DNA from: Lama glama
Taxonomy: Eukaryota
Assembly: GCA_028534125.1 (NCBI GenBank)
Contig: CM052817.1
Span: forward strand, 37,760,001 to 37,824,000
DNA length: 64,000 nucleotides
Reading direction: 5' to 3'
In this document: positions 39,535 to 51,467 of the stretch, in pieces
Layout of the letters: every line of letters begins with the position of its first letter
Numbering within the stretch: the stretch's first letter is position 1
Program-made: the position numbers and the translations under genes
The notes under the pieces: model-generated
Told to the model about the DNA's origin: nothing
What the model saw: only the letters and a program-made list of their open reading frames with translations
Database searches by the model: none

Positions 39535-39700
39535 ATTTTTAAAAAATTTAAAAAATTGAAGTATAGTTGATTTACAATATTGTATTAGTTTCTGGTGTAT
39601 AGCATACTGATTCAGTTCTATGTATATATTCTTTTTCATATTTCTTTTTATTACAGGTTGCAACAAGCCATTGAATATAGTTCCCTGTGAATTATACAAT
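39535..39700 (-). mobile_element. 5'-truncated L1 3' end
   Basis: TTGAAGTATAGTTGATTTACAATATTG terminus. Confidence 0.85.
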
Positions 39701-39869
39701 TTTTAATGCAGCTTATTTAAAAATATTTACTTAGGTGAATTCAGGTTAATCATTGTTTCCATTTTAATATTATCCATCAATGTAATTTGATACTTTAAAA
39801 CTACAGCAATGTTCAAACATATTTACATTGAGTATTTATAACTATTTTTCAAATTTTAGAATGATTTAC

Positions 39870-40125
39870 AGAGGAGGGCATGTGCATGATTAAGAGCATG
39901 GACTCTGAAGTCAGGCAACACTAGTTGGAATATAGATTCTGTTAATTACTGGAGGTATAACTGAGCTCCTGTTAACTCCTTTGAGCCCCAACTGCATTTT
40001 CTGTAAAGTAAGAATGATGTTAGCTACTCTATTAAGAAGCAGTGAAGATTAAACAAAATAGTATATGTAAGGTCCTTGCCTATTGACTGGCACATAGTGG
40101 CCCCCAACAAATGTAGTTATTCTAT
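39870..40125 (+). mobile_element. MIR SINE
   Basis: TAAGAGCATGGACTCTGAAGTCAG ... CTGGCACATAGT. Confidence 0.75.
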
Positions 40126-42239
40126 TATTTGCCAAGAGGCAAGGGAGAATTTTATGTGTTGTTCTGACTTCATGTCTGTCTGAGGTTTTAAGAGCACCTA
40201 AAGAGAAAGTGGGAATTTGGGTGTTAGGCAAAGTTCATATTCTGCCAGCACTTTTATTCTGAAAAAGACTTGAAAATCCAGCCTGCAGTGACTGACAAAT
40301 TATTTTGAATACAAGTGCTTTAAACATCATAAAAAATTAGATGAAAAATTAGATGAAATTAATTTTCAAGACAAGGGAATCTAAATATATTATATTTAAA
40401 GAAAAGGGAAATTTTAGCATTATACTTGATAAATAATATATATGACAAACTTAACAGTATTATAATATATCATAAATAGGAATAATGAAACATACAAAAT
40501 AATGAAAACATACAAAATAACCAACATTAATTTATTCCTTTAGGCTAAACAACAAGAGGCTAAAATACTGAAAAGGAAAGAAATACAGAGTTTTTTTTGA
40601 AACAAATATTTGAAATGCAGGAATTTTTAGCACGGTTTAGTTTAGACTGAGTCTAGAAAAAAATCATTTATTTGTGACATATATTTAAAATATAGCTCTG
40701 TGACATCACTGTGGAAAAAAATGAGTTCAAGAAGTGAAGGGAATCCATAGGTTAAGCAGACTGCTTAAGTCGTAAGGCTGGCTGGTTTTGAAGAAAGATC
40801 TTAGAAAAATTGAAATCTCCAACAGACAAAATAGGTACATTTTTAGTAGTCTAGTGAAAATACCAAAGTCTGAAATTTCTCTTTATTTGGAAACTAGAAA
40901 AATACTTCGAGTCATTTTGTGTATTATATATATGTATACATATATATATTTTAAAACTTTTAAAAATTAGCTAAGACATGCAACTTCCAGTATTTCAAGA
41001 TTAGAAATAATGTTGGAATGAATATTCATTTTGTTTTAAGCCTTCCACTGTATTATCTACTGTTAAACCAATAAGCAATGTTTTGGGAAATTAAATTCTA
41101 TTAGGAAAAAGCGGGATTTTATCAGTCCTTGTTCTTGTTGACCTCTTTGCTGTTTCCTGTGCCTCTAAGTCTTGATTGTTGCTTTTCTTGTTTTTCACTA
41201 TCTAAATGCTTTCTTGCCTCCGTCACTCCTCTATCTCCTTGCTGGTTATGCTTCTTCCTCCTGACTCTGAATGTGGACTTAGTCCTTGACACTGCTGTTT
41301 CCTCACAAGAGTCTTTCCTTAGAAGGCTCATTGAGAATCTCCTTAACCCTCTACCCTGGCTGTGACATTTTCCCCTGAGATTTATTTCTTCACCTCTATT
41401 TGCCAGCTGAACATATTTCTCACGGCCGGTTATGTTGGAGTCTCTGAAGTCAGCTTTAGCTATTCTCTTTCCACTGTCTCCAAATCAAATTAGTCACAAT
41501 TCCTCTTTTCTGATTCATCGTCTCAGATTAGCAGGAGTCCAAAGCCCTGCTGGTTTTGTAAACATAAAGATAGGATGGGCTGGTGCAGGTGGTCAAGCAT
41601 AATTCAATATTTGGCTTCCTGTGGTGAGGTCCAAACTGGGAGCAGGGAGCCAGCCTGATCAGAACTCCTTCCCAAAGTGCTGGACAGAGTATCAGAATCT
41701 AAGATGAGGCAAAGCAGTGGAAACAGGGGATATAAGACTTTAAGAAATGGGTCTGAAGTGGAGAGTGGGAAGTGAAGTCTGCTAGAATTCCACAAGCTGT
41801 CAGAATATCACCATGGGTATTTTTATAAAGCATCTTTAGCCTTATAAAGGGAAAGCTGTCTTAGAAGCACTTCCTTTTTATGAAGATTGTAACAGTCTCC
41901 CAGTTGGGTTGTGGAGCTCACAAGTCTTCAGTACGTCTTATATATTACTCTTAGATTTTGATCCTTGAAACGATCTCTTTTCCTATGTTTCTTCCTCCTT
42001 CAAAATTTTATTGACTTTCTTTTTCCCACAGACAAAATGCTTTGCCAGGCAACGGAAGCCTCCCAGATCTTTTACCCACTTCTTACATGGGAGTCCACAT
42101 TCCAGGAAAACCGGGCTACTTAATACTCAGGCTATGCAATAAGTGATGTCCGCACCATTCTCACACTCTTCCTATATTATTCCTGTCACAAAAAATAACA
42201 TCCACAATTTTTTGATGAATGTGAGCCTCCAGATTTTCT

Positions 42240-43137
42240 TTTTTTTTCTTTTTAAAAGTAGAGATAGAAACACTTTATTATTGAATAAGCATTAAACCAG
42301 AATGTGATGTGCATCACTGGCAATACTCTAAGACATTGCAAAATAGACAATGTATGTATGTGTGTAGCCAAGAAGATACGACCTGCTACATGCATGTTTT
42401 CATGATAAACAGTAAGTAAGTATCAAGAGGACTTGATAGCACCATTTGTCACACACAGTTCATCCCACCTTCACCGGATTATTAGGGTGACTATCGGTTA
42501 GCTTATGGGCTTCATCTAGAGGAAAAACTAACTTCCCATGTCTTTATGACATGAAGGAGTTTTGCCAACTGGAATGAAGTACCCACTGAGGTCAGTCTCC
42601 TACCCTTCCTTGGAAACTGGGAGAAGGAGGAGCTTCTGCCTTGATGTATACATTTCAGAAAGATGGCTCCCAGGTTCTTGAGAAAGACATTCATGGGTCA
42701 AACAACTGGGGGAAAAAAAAAGGCCACGTGACAAAAGGCCTGTCTGGTCTTCAGTGGGATATACATATTAAAGAGATGAGAGAAAGCACTTAGAAGTCTT
42801 CTAAAGTAAGTACTCTGAGAAAACGGGGGGAGAAATCTTTTTCCCTATTTTCAACAGGGAGAATGAAGCCTCTTTAAAAAATTGTGTTTGAGTCACGTGG
42901 AAATACAGCTTGAGACTGTGTTTTCATAGCACAGAGCCACACAGCCCAAAACACATTGCCGGGTGTGCAACAATGACACTCCAGCACAACCTGGAGGCAC
43001 ACATGTGCAGACCAGGGGGCCCTGTGTGATGTATGTGTGAAACTGACACACTTCTGCATAGCCTGGGACACCTCACATACACCCTGGGGACCTAGTGTGA
43101 CAGGTGCAGGATGCTGCCATCACGTCAGATATGACAG
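42240..43137 (-). pseudogene. Retrocopy of a polyadenylated transcript ending in LTR-like sequence
   Basis: Antisense poly(A), AATAAA (TTTATT 42274-42279) about 20 nt from it, imperfect direct repeats at 42219-42239 and 43138-43159. Confidence 0.65.
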
Positions 43138-43790
43138 ATGTGAGGTCTCCAGGTTTTCTAGGCCATGTTAAAAGCTGTCTATACCTTCTGTAATCTACCA
43201 CCTAACTGCCACAATCATTAGTAAGGACATCCATCACTCCTACAAGAGCCACTGCCTACATTTGTTAATTTTTATTATATGCTAAGTTCTTTACATACAC
43301 TAACTAGTTTAATCTTATGTAATCCTTATTTATTATTCCTTCTGAACATTTTTATCAATAGAGCGTAAGTAACCTATCCAGGCTCATTGTCCTGGTACAA
43401 CCAAGTTCTGCCCGCCCTCACGCTTTCCTTTTATGACTTAATCCCTTTATCATCTAAATCCTGTGGTTGGTTGGTTGTTGACTGCAAACATGTATATATT
43501 CTGTGTACCTACCTGGATGTTTTGCTCATCATACAGAGAGGCCCTTGTCTAAAATTCTTTAGACAATCCTCAGAGCTTAAAGATAGTGTCACATGAGTGA
43601 CAGATGCTTAATCATTATTTGCTGCTGTTTATGTCAATGCTCCAGTGTTTCTAGGATGAAAAGGCAATCAGAAAGTTGGCTATTTAAATTATCTTCTTCC
43701 ATTTGTATTTTTTAACAGAAATATTTGTATGATAATAATGAGAAAAATTCTTACAATGTCACTAACCCAGCATGCTTTTTTCTCTTCCAG

Positions 43791-43802
43791 GTGCTTCTGT
43801 AG
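43791..43802 (+). other. Candidate 12-nt microexon GTGCTTCTGTAG
   Basis: CACTAAC branch point, TGC, pyrimidine tract, CAG acceptor, AG|GTAAT donor. Signals only; no transcript evidence. Confidence 0.35.
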
Positions 43803-44454
43803 GTAATACACATTTTACCCTAAGCTATTTTGATTTCATTGTGATACTAATGTATATGTAAGTACTAAAAGGGGAAATATATACCATATTCATTTTAGTT
43901 TTATGTATTTCTGAAGTGAGGGTCCGGGAAAGGAGTTGATGTCTGCGGAAAAGAATGAAGCTAATGAGAAAATAAACGTCAGTTTTCAACCTTCACAAAG
44001 TACATTAGCAAATAACAACAAAGGCTGGGGAAAGAATTAAAATTCATTACAAAAAGTCTCTTATGCTTTTCTTAATGTGTTTCTCTTCCTAATATAATTC
44101 CTGTTTGCTAAGATTTTCCAATTTTCATTATCTTAACAGGCTGTTCTCATTTTGATAACACTCCCAGTTGAGTTTCATATAACCTCCCGTGCATCATATA
44201 CCTTTAAAACTTTTCACCTTTTTGTTTATATGCCTGCCAGTTTGTTTTGAAATTTACTGTAGTGAGTGTTAAAAGTATCTTACCTTAAAGTACACTAAAG
44301 ATAATTATGTACTTATTGGTTTACTGAGAATGCCAATAGTATTAATATGAGCAATGTTTAAAAATTTGTCATATGTACTTTGCAAAAGAGAAATAAGCTA
44401 TTTTGATTTTCTGTGCTATTCTCATAGGTACATTAGGAACCAGATAGGTAGCCA

Positions 44455-44810
44455 TTTTTTCTTTTTCTTTTTCTTTTTTTAAATTGAAGTATAGCCAGTA
44501 ATGTGTCAATTTCTGGTGTACAGCATAATGTTTTAGTCATACATATACATACATATATGTGTTTTTATATTTTTTCATTATAGGTTACTGCAGGATATTG
44601 AATATAGTTCCCTGTGCTATACGGAAGAAATTTGTTTTTTTTAAAATCTATTTTACATACAGTAGTTAGTATTTGCAAATCTCGTACTCCCAGTTTATCC
44701 TTTCCCACCACCTCTTCCCTGGTAACCGTAAGTTTGTTTACTACGTTTGTGAGCCTGTTTCTGTTTGTAGATTAAGTTCATTAGTGTCTTCTTTTCTTCT
44801 TTTTTAAAAT
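44455..44810 (-). mobile_element. 5'-truncated L1 3' end
   Basis: T-rich tail plus TTGAAGTATAGCCAG... 3' UTR. Confidence 0.88.
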
Positions 44811-45181
44811 TTCGATATTTAGGTCCTTGGTAAGTAGTGGAGTGAAGGGACAAGAAAGATATCTCTGCCCTAAAGCAAGTAAAAGACTAGCTGATGCTGT
44901 GTGTAAAGTACCCGGCACAGAATATGACAAAGGACGATGACACTGATTGTTGCAGCTGTTGTGGTTGTCCTTAACAGTGGCTCTGGCAGTTAAGTGATTG
45001 GCAAAATTGAGTATCTTGTAAAAGATTGAACAATTGAAGTACCTAGAAGAGTTTCTTTCCCACCTATGCGTTCATATTTAACATTAGAGGATTAGTCCCA
45101 CGTGTTAGACATTGCCCTTTATTTTTATCTTCTTTAAAAATGCAAGTACTCATGGAGTGTAATAGCTTCAGTGAGGTACCT

Positions 45182-46090
45182 TGTCAACCGAAAAAAAAAT
45201 GCAGGAGTCTATTTGATGTCTCAAGAATTGCGCTTCGAGAGGCATGGACTTGGGTAACCTTGAAGGAGGTTTCCGGGGAAGAAAACGAGTCAGGGATTTG
45301 TAAGGACAAAAAGCCGCAGGTTGTTAGAAGTTGCCTGGGAAGAACTGTGACTGACTCTGATGTAAGTAAGAAAATTTTTGTCCTTAAAGAATCATGACTT
45401 GTTTTAGGGTAGGGCCTGATAAGTAGATGACTATCAGGAGTCGTTTTAGGGTCCGCTAAGTATCGTGAGTTTCTGGCAGATATTCTGGGTGCCTTCACTA
45501 AGACAATACGTGGTCAAAGGTCAGGTTCCATCCAGGCTGAGATGTGCACAAGTCACACTTCCATAGTGGCCTCCCAATGTTACTGAACCAAACTTGGGTC
45601 CGCTCACCCACAGGCAGTAAAACCAATCTGCTGACACTGGGTTGTGGTGAAGGAAAGTGCAGCGTTTATTGTAAAGGGGCCAATACAAGGAAGACATGTG
45701 GCTTGTGCTCTAAAACCCCGAACTCTCTGAAGGGTTTCAGTAAAGCGTTTTTAAAGGCCTGGTGAAGGGGTGGGAGCTGCAGGGTCTGTGATCCCCTCAT
45801 GCACAATTCTCTGATTGGTTGATGTTGGGGTAACAGGGTGGTGTCACGGGACTAACATTATCAATTCTTAGGCTCCAGGATGTGCTCATGGTCATCAAGT
45901 AGTTCTTGTCTTCATTTGGTAGGTGGTTTTCACGTCTGTAAAACAACTCAGCACATGTGCATCAAATACTGTTATCTAGGTACTCTGGAGTGGAGCTAAA
46001 CCAGAGGATATGGGGAAGGGTCTGTCCTGGGAGGACCCCATAGGGTCCTGCTCAGTTATACTGGCTCCATCTTAGAGAGCTCTTTTAGCA
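45182..46090 (-). mobile_element. ERV1-class LTR (outer) interrupted by a second LTR
   Basis: TGTCAA...TAGCA termini; GTGGCCTCCCAA|CTGGCTCCATCTTAGA reads as continuous across the inner element. Confidence 0.5.
45578..46060 (-). mobile_element. ERV1-class solo LTR (inner)
   Basis: TGTTACTGAACC start, antisense AATAAA near 45665, CTGATTGG box, ends GGTCCTGCTCAGTTATA. Confidence 0.75.
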
Positions 46091-46129
46091 ATACTGATTC
46101 CATTTTGATTTTCCTTTCACACCTAACAC

Positions 46130-46625
46130 TTCATTCATTGAGCTAACATTCACAAAACACCTGTGTGTTGCATGGCACCTGTGAACAGGACAGATAAGGC
46201 TCTTGCCCTTGAGGGCTGACATTCTAGTGTCAGAACCAGATGACCAATAAATACACAACATAAACACTCAAAATAGTTAACTGATGAGGCGCTAAGGGAC
46301 ATAAGTGAGGTGCTGGGATAGATAATTCAGTGGAGCAGGGGGTGGGGAGGACTACTTTAGGCAGGGAAGTTCCTCGCTGAGGAATTGGGAAATCATGTGA
46401 AAGGCTGGAAGTGGGCCAGAGAAGAGAGGGTGAGGCCGGAGCACAGGGAGGCACCGGGGAAGGTGATCATGATGGGGCGGAGACGGGGCAAAGCTGATCC
46501 TGGGGACTTGTACGTTACAGTAAGGAATTCAGGCTTCATTCTAAGGGCAACGGGAGCCCAGTAACAGGATTTTGTCAGAAGACTGGCGCAGTTGTCACTT
46601 ATTTTCCAAAGCTCACTCTAGTTGT
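46130..46625 (-). mobile_element. L2 LINE fragment
   Basis: TTCATTCATT tail, GCCCTTGAGGGCTGACATTCTAG and GTAAGGAATTCAGGCTTCATTCT motifs. Confidence 0.7.
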
Positions 46626-46842
46626 GAGACAGGGGATATTTGCAGCCAGTCATGGTGGGCTGAGATCTGCCCGCGGGCCTTCTGCTCCAGCGCCCAGGCT
46701 CCTTCCTGAGCTGTATTCCATTTCCTTGCCTGGATGTTTCACGTTCCTCTTGCCTGGAGCAGCCTCCTTCTTCCCGTTCTCTAGCTGGCAAACTCCCATT
46801 TGCCTTTTTAGATACAAGCTCAAATGTAACCTCCTTTATGAA

Positions 46843-46962
46843 TAGGATGACCGAATAATTATCATCTCCATGAAGCATTTTGAGGGACATTATTAAAAAT
46901 GATCCTAGGAAAACATGAGTAAAACAGACTGTCCCAGTTAAAACAGGGATGTGTGTCTCCTA
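46843..46962. mobile_element. hAT-Blackjack MITE (MER94/MER81-like)
   Basis: TAGGATGACC ... GACTGTCCCAG...GGGATGTGTGTCTCCTA, decayed TAGGGTGACC inverted termini. Confidence 0.6.
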
Positions 46963-47029
46963 TGCCCCCTTGTTGGTTATACTTAATGTCTTCATATTCT
47001 GTGCTATTTTTCCTCCTCCTGGATACAAG

Positions 47030-47275
47030 ATGCTCAATGGTTAAGGCATGGACCCTGAAGTCATGCCACTAGAATTCAAATCTCAACTCTGTCCCCTATT
47101 TATTTTGAGCTGCGTGACTTTGGTCAAGTCACACAAACTCTCCAGGCTTCAGTGTCTTCACTTGTGTAATGTGGGTAATGATGGTATTTCCTTAACGAGT
47201 ATTTTATTGTGGAGAAAAAAATTAAATAATACATGCAGGATACTTAGCATTAAATTCATTAAATATTAACTAATG
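47030..47275 (+). mobile_element. MIR SINE
   Basis: TGGTTAAGGCATGGAC...TTCAAATCTCAACTCTG...GTGACTTTGGTCAAGTCAC. Confidence 0.75.
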
Positions 47276-47724
47276 CTGTTTTTTTCGAATAGGCCTACAA
47301 TTTTGTTTATAGTTCTCTCTCTCCTAATAGACTCTGAACTCCTTAGAGCAGAGACCATGTGTTATTATTTACCTTTGTATTCTTAGTTTACAGCCCAATG
47401 CCTCGTATACAAAGAATTTTTTTTTAAAAAAATGGCTGAAAATGCAGAAAAGATGAAAGGAGACTTAGAGACTTTTGCTTTTCACTCTCCCCACTCCACT
47501 TTTGACATTTGAAAGAAGAAAGTTAAGTATATTTCTCAAGTCACAGAGAAAAAGAATCAGAATCTAGTTCTCTTAGTTGCCTGGCTATTATGTCCGATTT
47601 GATCATGGTGAGAATGAACAGATACCTATATACCATCAGGGAAATACTGAAGTAATTGGAAGAGTCCCTCAAAATCTGAAACAAGTAGAAATTTTTATTC
47701 AGTTACTACTCAGGAACAGTAGTA

Positions 47725-47859
47725 TTTTTATTTATTTATTTTTATATATTTATTTAAATAATTAAAAAAAATGTTTTTTGTTGTTAATGGAGGTACTGGG
47801 ATTTGAACCCAGCATCTCCTGCATGCTAGGCACAAGCTCTACCACTGAGCTATACCCCC
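47725..47859 (-). mobile_element. tRNA-derived SINE (vic-1-like)
   Basis: GGAGGTACTGGGATTTGAACCCAG...CTCTACCACTGAGCTATACCCC with T-rich tail. Confidence 0.85.
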
Positions 47860-47874
47860 AACACACACATGACA

Positions 47875-48441
47875 TTTTTTTTTAATTGAAGTACAGTCAA
47901 TTACAATGTGTTGATTTCTGGTATACAGCACAACTTCCCAGTCATGCATATACATATATATATATATATTAGTTTTTATATTTTTTTCATTAAAGGTTAT
48001 TATAAGATATTAAACATAGTTCCCTGCGCTATACGGAAGAAACTTTTTAAAATCTATTTTTATATATAGTGGCTAACAAACGCCAAAATTTATCCCTTCC
48101 CACCCCCTTTCCCCAGTAACCATAAGATTATAAGATTATTTACTATGTCTGCAAGTCTGTTTCTGTTTTGTAGATGAGTTCATAATGTCCTTTGTTTTCT
48201 TTTCTGTTTTTTTTTTTTTTAGATCCCACATATGAGTGATATCACATGGTATTTTTCTTTCTCTTTCTGGCTTACTTCACTTAGAATGATCTCTAGGTCC
48301 ATCCATGTCGCTGCAAATGACATTATTTTATTCTTTTTAATGGCTGAATAGTATTCCATTGCATAAATATACTACAACTTCTTTATCCAATCATTTGTCA
48401 ATCGACATTTAGGTTGTTTCCATGTCTTGGCTATTGTATGT
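47875..48441 (-). mobile_element. 5'-truncated L1 3' end
   Basis: T-run, 3' UTR, and ORF2 end CCATGTCTTGGCTATTGTA. Confidence 0.9.
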
Positions 48442-50124
48442 AGGAGCACTAAATTTTTAGATAAAATTGAATAGTGCCTTTTTTTTTTTGCTTATAAACT
48501 TATACTTTTAATCAAACACAAAAGTGAAAATTAAAATAAAGCTTATTATCTCAAGAATTGTTCATAATATAATGATGATTGGAATAGGCCAAGATAAAAA
48601 AGTCAGAAAGGCTTATCTTGTTATACATTTCTCTTTAAACCTGATCAATTTAAAATGTTTTGAGGAGAATTAACTATTTATTGCTATTAAACACAAGGAA
48701 ATAAATGTAGTTAGTTATGGGAACTACCCCCTAGTCCAGAACAATACAAGTCAGTTAGTTCTCTAATATTATTATTAGTCAGCGTACCAAGAAGCACGGA
48801 AACAGAAAAGGCAAGAGAACTTGGCAAAATGACCCAGAAGATGGGAATGCCTATTGCACCTTAAATTAATCAGATGGACACAATGCACCTTAAATTAATC
48901 AAATGCACACACACGCATGTACACATGTGTACAGACTAGATAACTTCATCCAAAAGTAGACTTTGTATACGTAATACTGGATTATTTTACTTTATTTTTT
49001 TGATTTTGTCATTTAAATTTATTTCTGTATACAGTGTGGTTTCCAAAGAAACCAGGTTAGAAATCAAAATAAAGTTCAAGTGAGTATCTATTTTTAAACA
49101 GAAGGATTTGGACCATATGTTGAGTAATTTGATACTAAGAATGATCTAAGGTATATTAAATTTACAGGAGAAATGAAGGTTGATTTAACACTGGACTATT
49201 TTAGACAGTTATCTTAATTTAGTTTTTCATGAGTCCTTTAGGGTACCATCATTTCCAGGATTTGTGGATTAATGATGGGACCATCAGCAGAAGTACTTGC
49301 AGTTAATATGCAAGAATTTTAATAACAGGAGAACTAGTTCCTTGACAACCCCAAACAATTGTCTAATTTTACATCTGGTTCCTTTCTGAGTAAGTTGTTG
49401 TTTGATATGGTGTTCCAATACATAGAAAAATGAATTGAGAGTTGGCCTTACAAATAAGTGAGCAAGTGACAGCACTGCACAGATATTTGTTGCTCACATC
49501 TCCCTCATTCCCTCTCAAGTGCATTGCAGTCCCTTACCAAACATTTATGGTATATTTATTGTATTCCCCTTTAGGACTCATATCCCTTGGTAACTTCTAG
49601 CCTTCTTAGGAGAAGGAACCAGGTCTTATTCTTTGTTTACCCTAGTGATTGGTGCAGAACTTGGCACATATTTACTGAAATTAAGAGTATCTGTGATGAA
49701 ATGAGTGAGTGAGTACAATTCCATGGAGAGCATCATGTTAGGAGATACAGGAGCCACACTGATGACTAAGATATAGTTCGAAGTTCTCCCTTGGGTCCTT
49801 ACATCTTTATTTTCAAGGCTTTCTGTAAAAATTCAGTGATAATTTATTATCACAGATATTAGCTGATGCCACTGAGCAAGACAGATTACTAAGAAAAGGT
49901 ATAAGAAGAAATAAATAGAAAATAGAACACAGGTGATTTGAAGCTTTATGAATTTTTCACTAATCTCAGTGAATATTTGCTTATAAAACATTATTTCATT
50001 TCCATTAAAATCACTCATCAAAACTGATGAGTTTGAAATTCAGATCAGGTATATTAAAAATACTAAGTGATTATTAAAGGAATTCAATATTACTACTTAT
50101 GAATACATTACATTTTATGGAAAT

Positions 50125-50877
50125 ACTATGGAGATAAGTATGGAGGTTCATTAGAAAACTAAAAATAGAATTACCATCTGATCTAGCAGTCCCACTCCTG
50201 GGCATATATTCAGAGAGAACTCTAATTAAAAAAGATACATGCACACCAATGTTCATAGCAGCACTATTTACAATAGCCAAGACATGGAAGCAACCTAAAT
50301 GTCCATCGACAGATGAATGGATAAAGAAGCTGTGGTATATATATATGTGTATGTGTATATATATGTGTATGGTATATATATGTGTATGTGTAATATGTGT
50401 AATATTCACATATATATGAATATTACTCAGCCATAAAAAGAATGATATAATGCCACTTGCAGCAACATGGATGGACCTAGAGATTATCATACTAAGTAAA
50501 GTAAGTCAGACAGAGAAAGGCAAATATCATACAATATCATTTATATGTGGAATCTAAAATATGATACAAATGAACTTATTTACAAAGCAGAAATAGACTC
50601 ACAGACATAGAAAATAAACTTATGGTTACCAAAGGGGAAATGGGAAAGAGGGATAAATTGGGAGTTTGGGATTAATGTATACACACTACTACATATAAAA
50701 CGGATAAGCAACAAGGACTTACTGTATAGCATAGGGAACTATATTCAATATCTTGTAATAACCTATAATGGAAACGAGTCTGAAAAAGAATACATATATG
50801 TATAACTGAATTACTTTGCTGTACACCTGAAACCAACACAATTTTGTAAATTAACTATACTTCAATTAAAAAAAAAG
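50125..50877 (+). mobile_element. 5'-truncated L1 (ORF2 end plus 3' UTR)
   Basis: TATGGAGGTTC...AATGTTCATAGCAGCACTATTTACAATAGCCAAGACATGG ... CTATACTTCAATTAAAAAAA. Confidence 0.95.
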
Positions 50878-51458
50878 CATACAATAAAACTGAAAAGTAA
50901 TTTTGTGGAAATGAGTTGATTTAAAATGTGATCTCCAATATGGTGATATAGTCTGTTTGATTTGAGTCCTATGTGGAATATAGATAAGATCACGTTGTAT
51001 GACAACTTGTTGTATGTGTGATTTTTGTGTTTGTAAATGTATGTGTGGTAGAGATCAGTTGTTAAACATGTATACCTAGTAGTATTTTTATGGTGTATTT
51101 AATTTGCAGAATTGATGTTTTAATTATTTAAAAACTGTCAAAGGGAGAAGGAAAGCAAAACCTGTAAAACTGATAAAAACACACAGAAATCTGATAAAGA
51201 AATGATTTTTCATTTAGAAAATGACACATTTTATAGTCAGGGCTATACTTCAAAGCCAGCAAAAGAGATATATTTTTAAATTTGTGAAAACTTCTTAGAT
51301 GTAGGTACTTGCGAATGTTCTACCATTGCTGTTTTGTGATAAATAGGATTAATTGATCTAGCCTTTAGAAAAGATTGTTAAAAACAAAAGGAGGAGTATT
51401 TTATACTAAAATATTTTCAGTAGTCTGCAGTTGCTAATTTTAGTTTATATTTTATTAG

Positions 51459-51467
51459 GTCTTCTTG
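51459..51467 (+). other. Candidate 9-nt microexon GTCTTCTTG
   Basis: GCTAAT branch-like motif, T-rich tract, TAG acceptor, G|GTGAGT donor. Signals only. Confidence 0.3.

Noticed and set aside
48855..48912. About 29-bp tandem repeat (TGCACCTTAAATTAATCA twice), plus small duplications near 40330, 40490 and 60390
   Set aside because: Two-copy slippage duplications with no spacers or array structure; not CRISPR-like.
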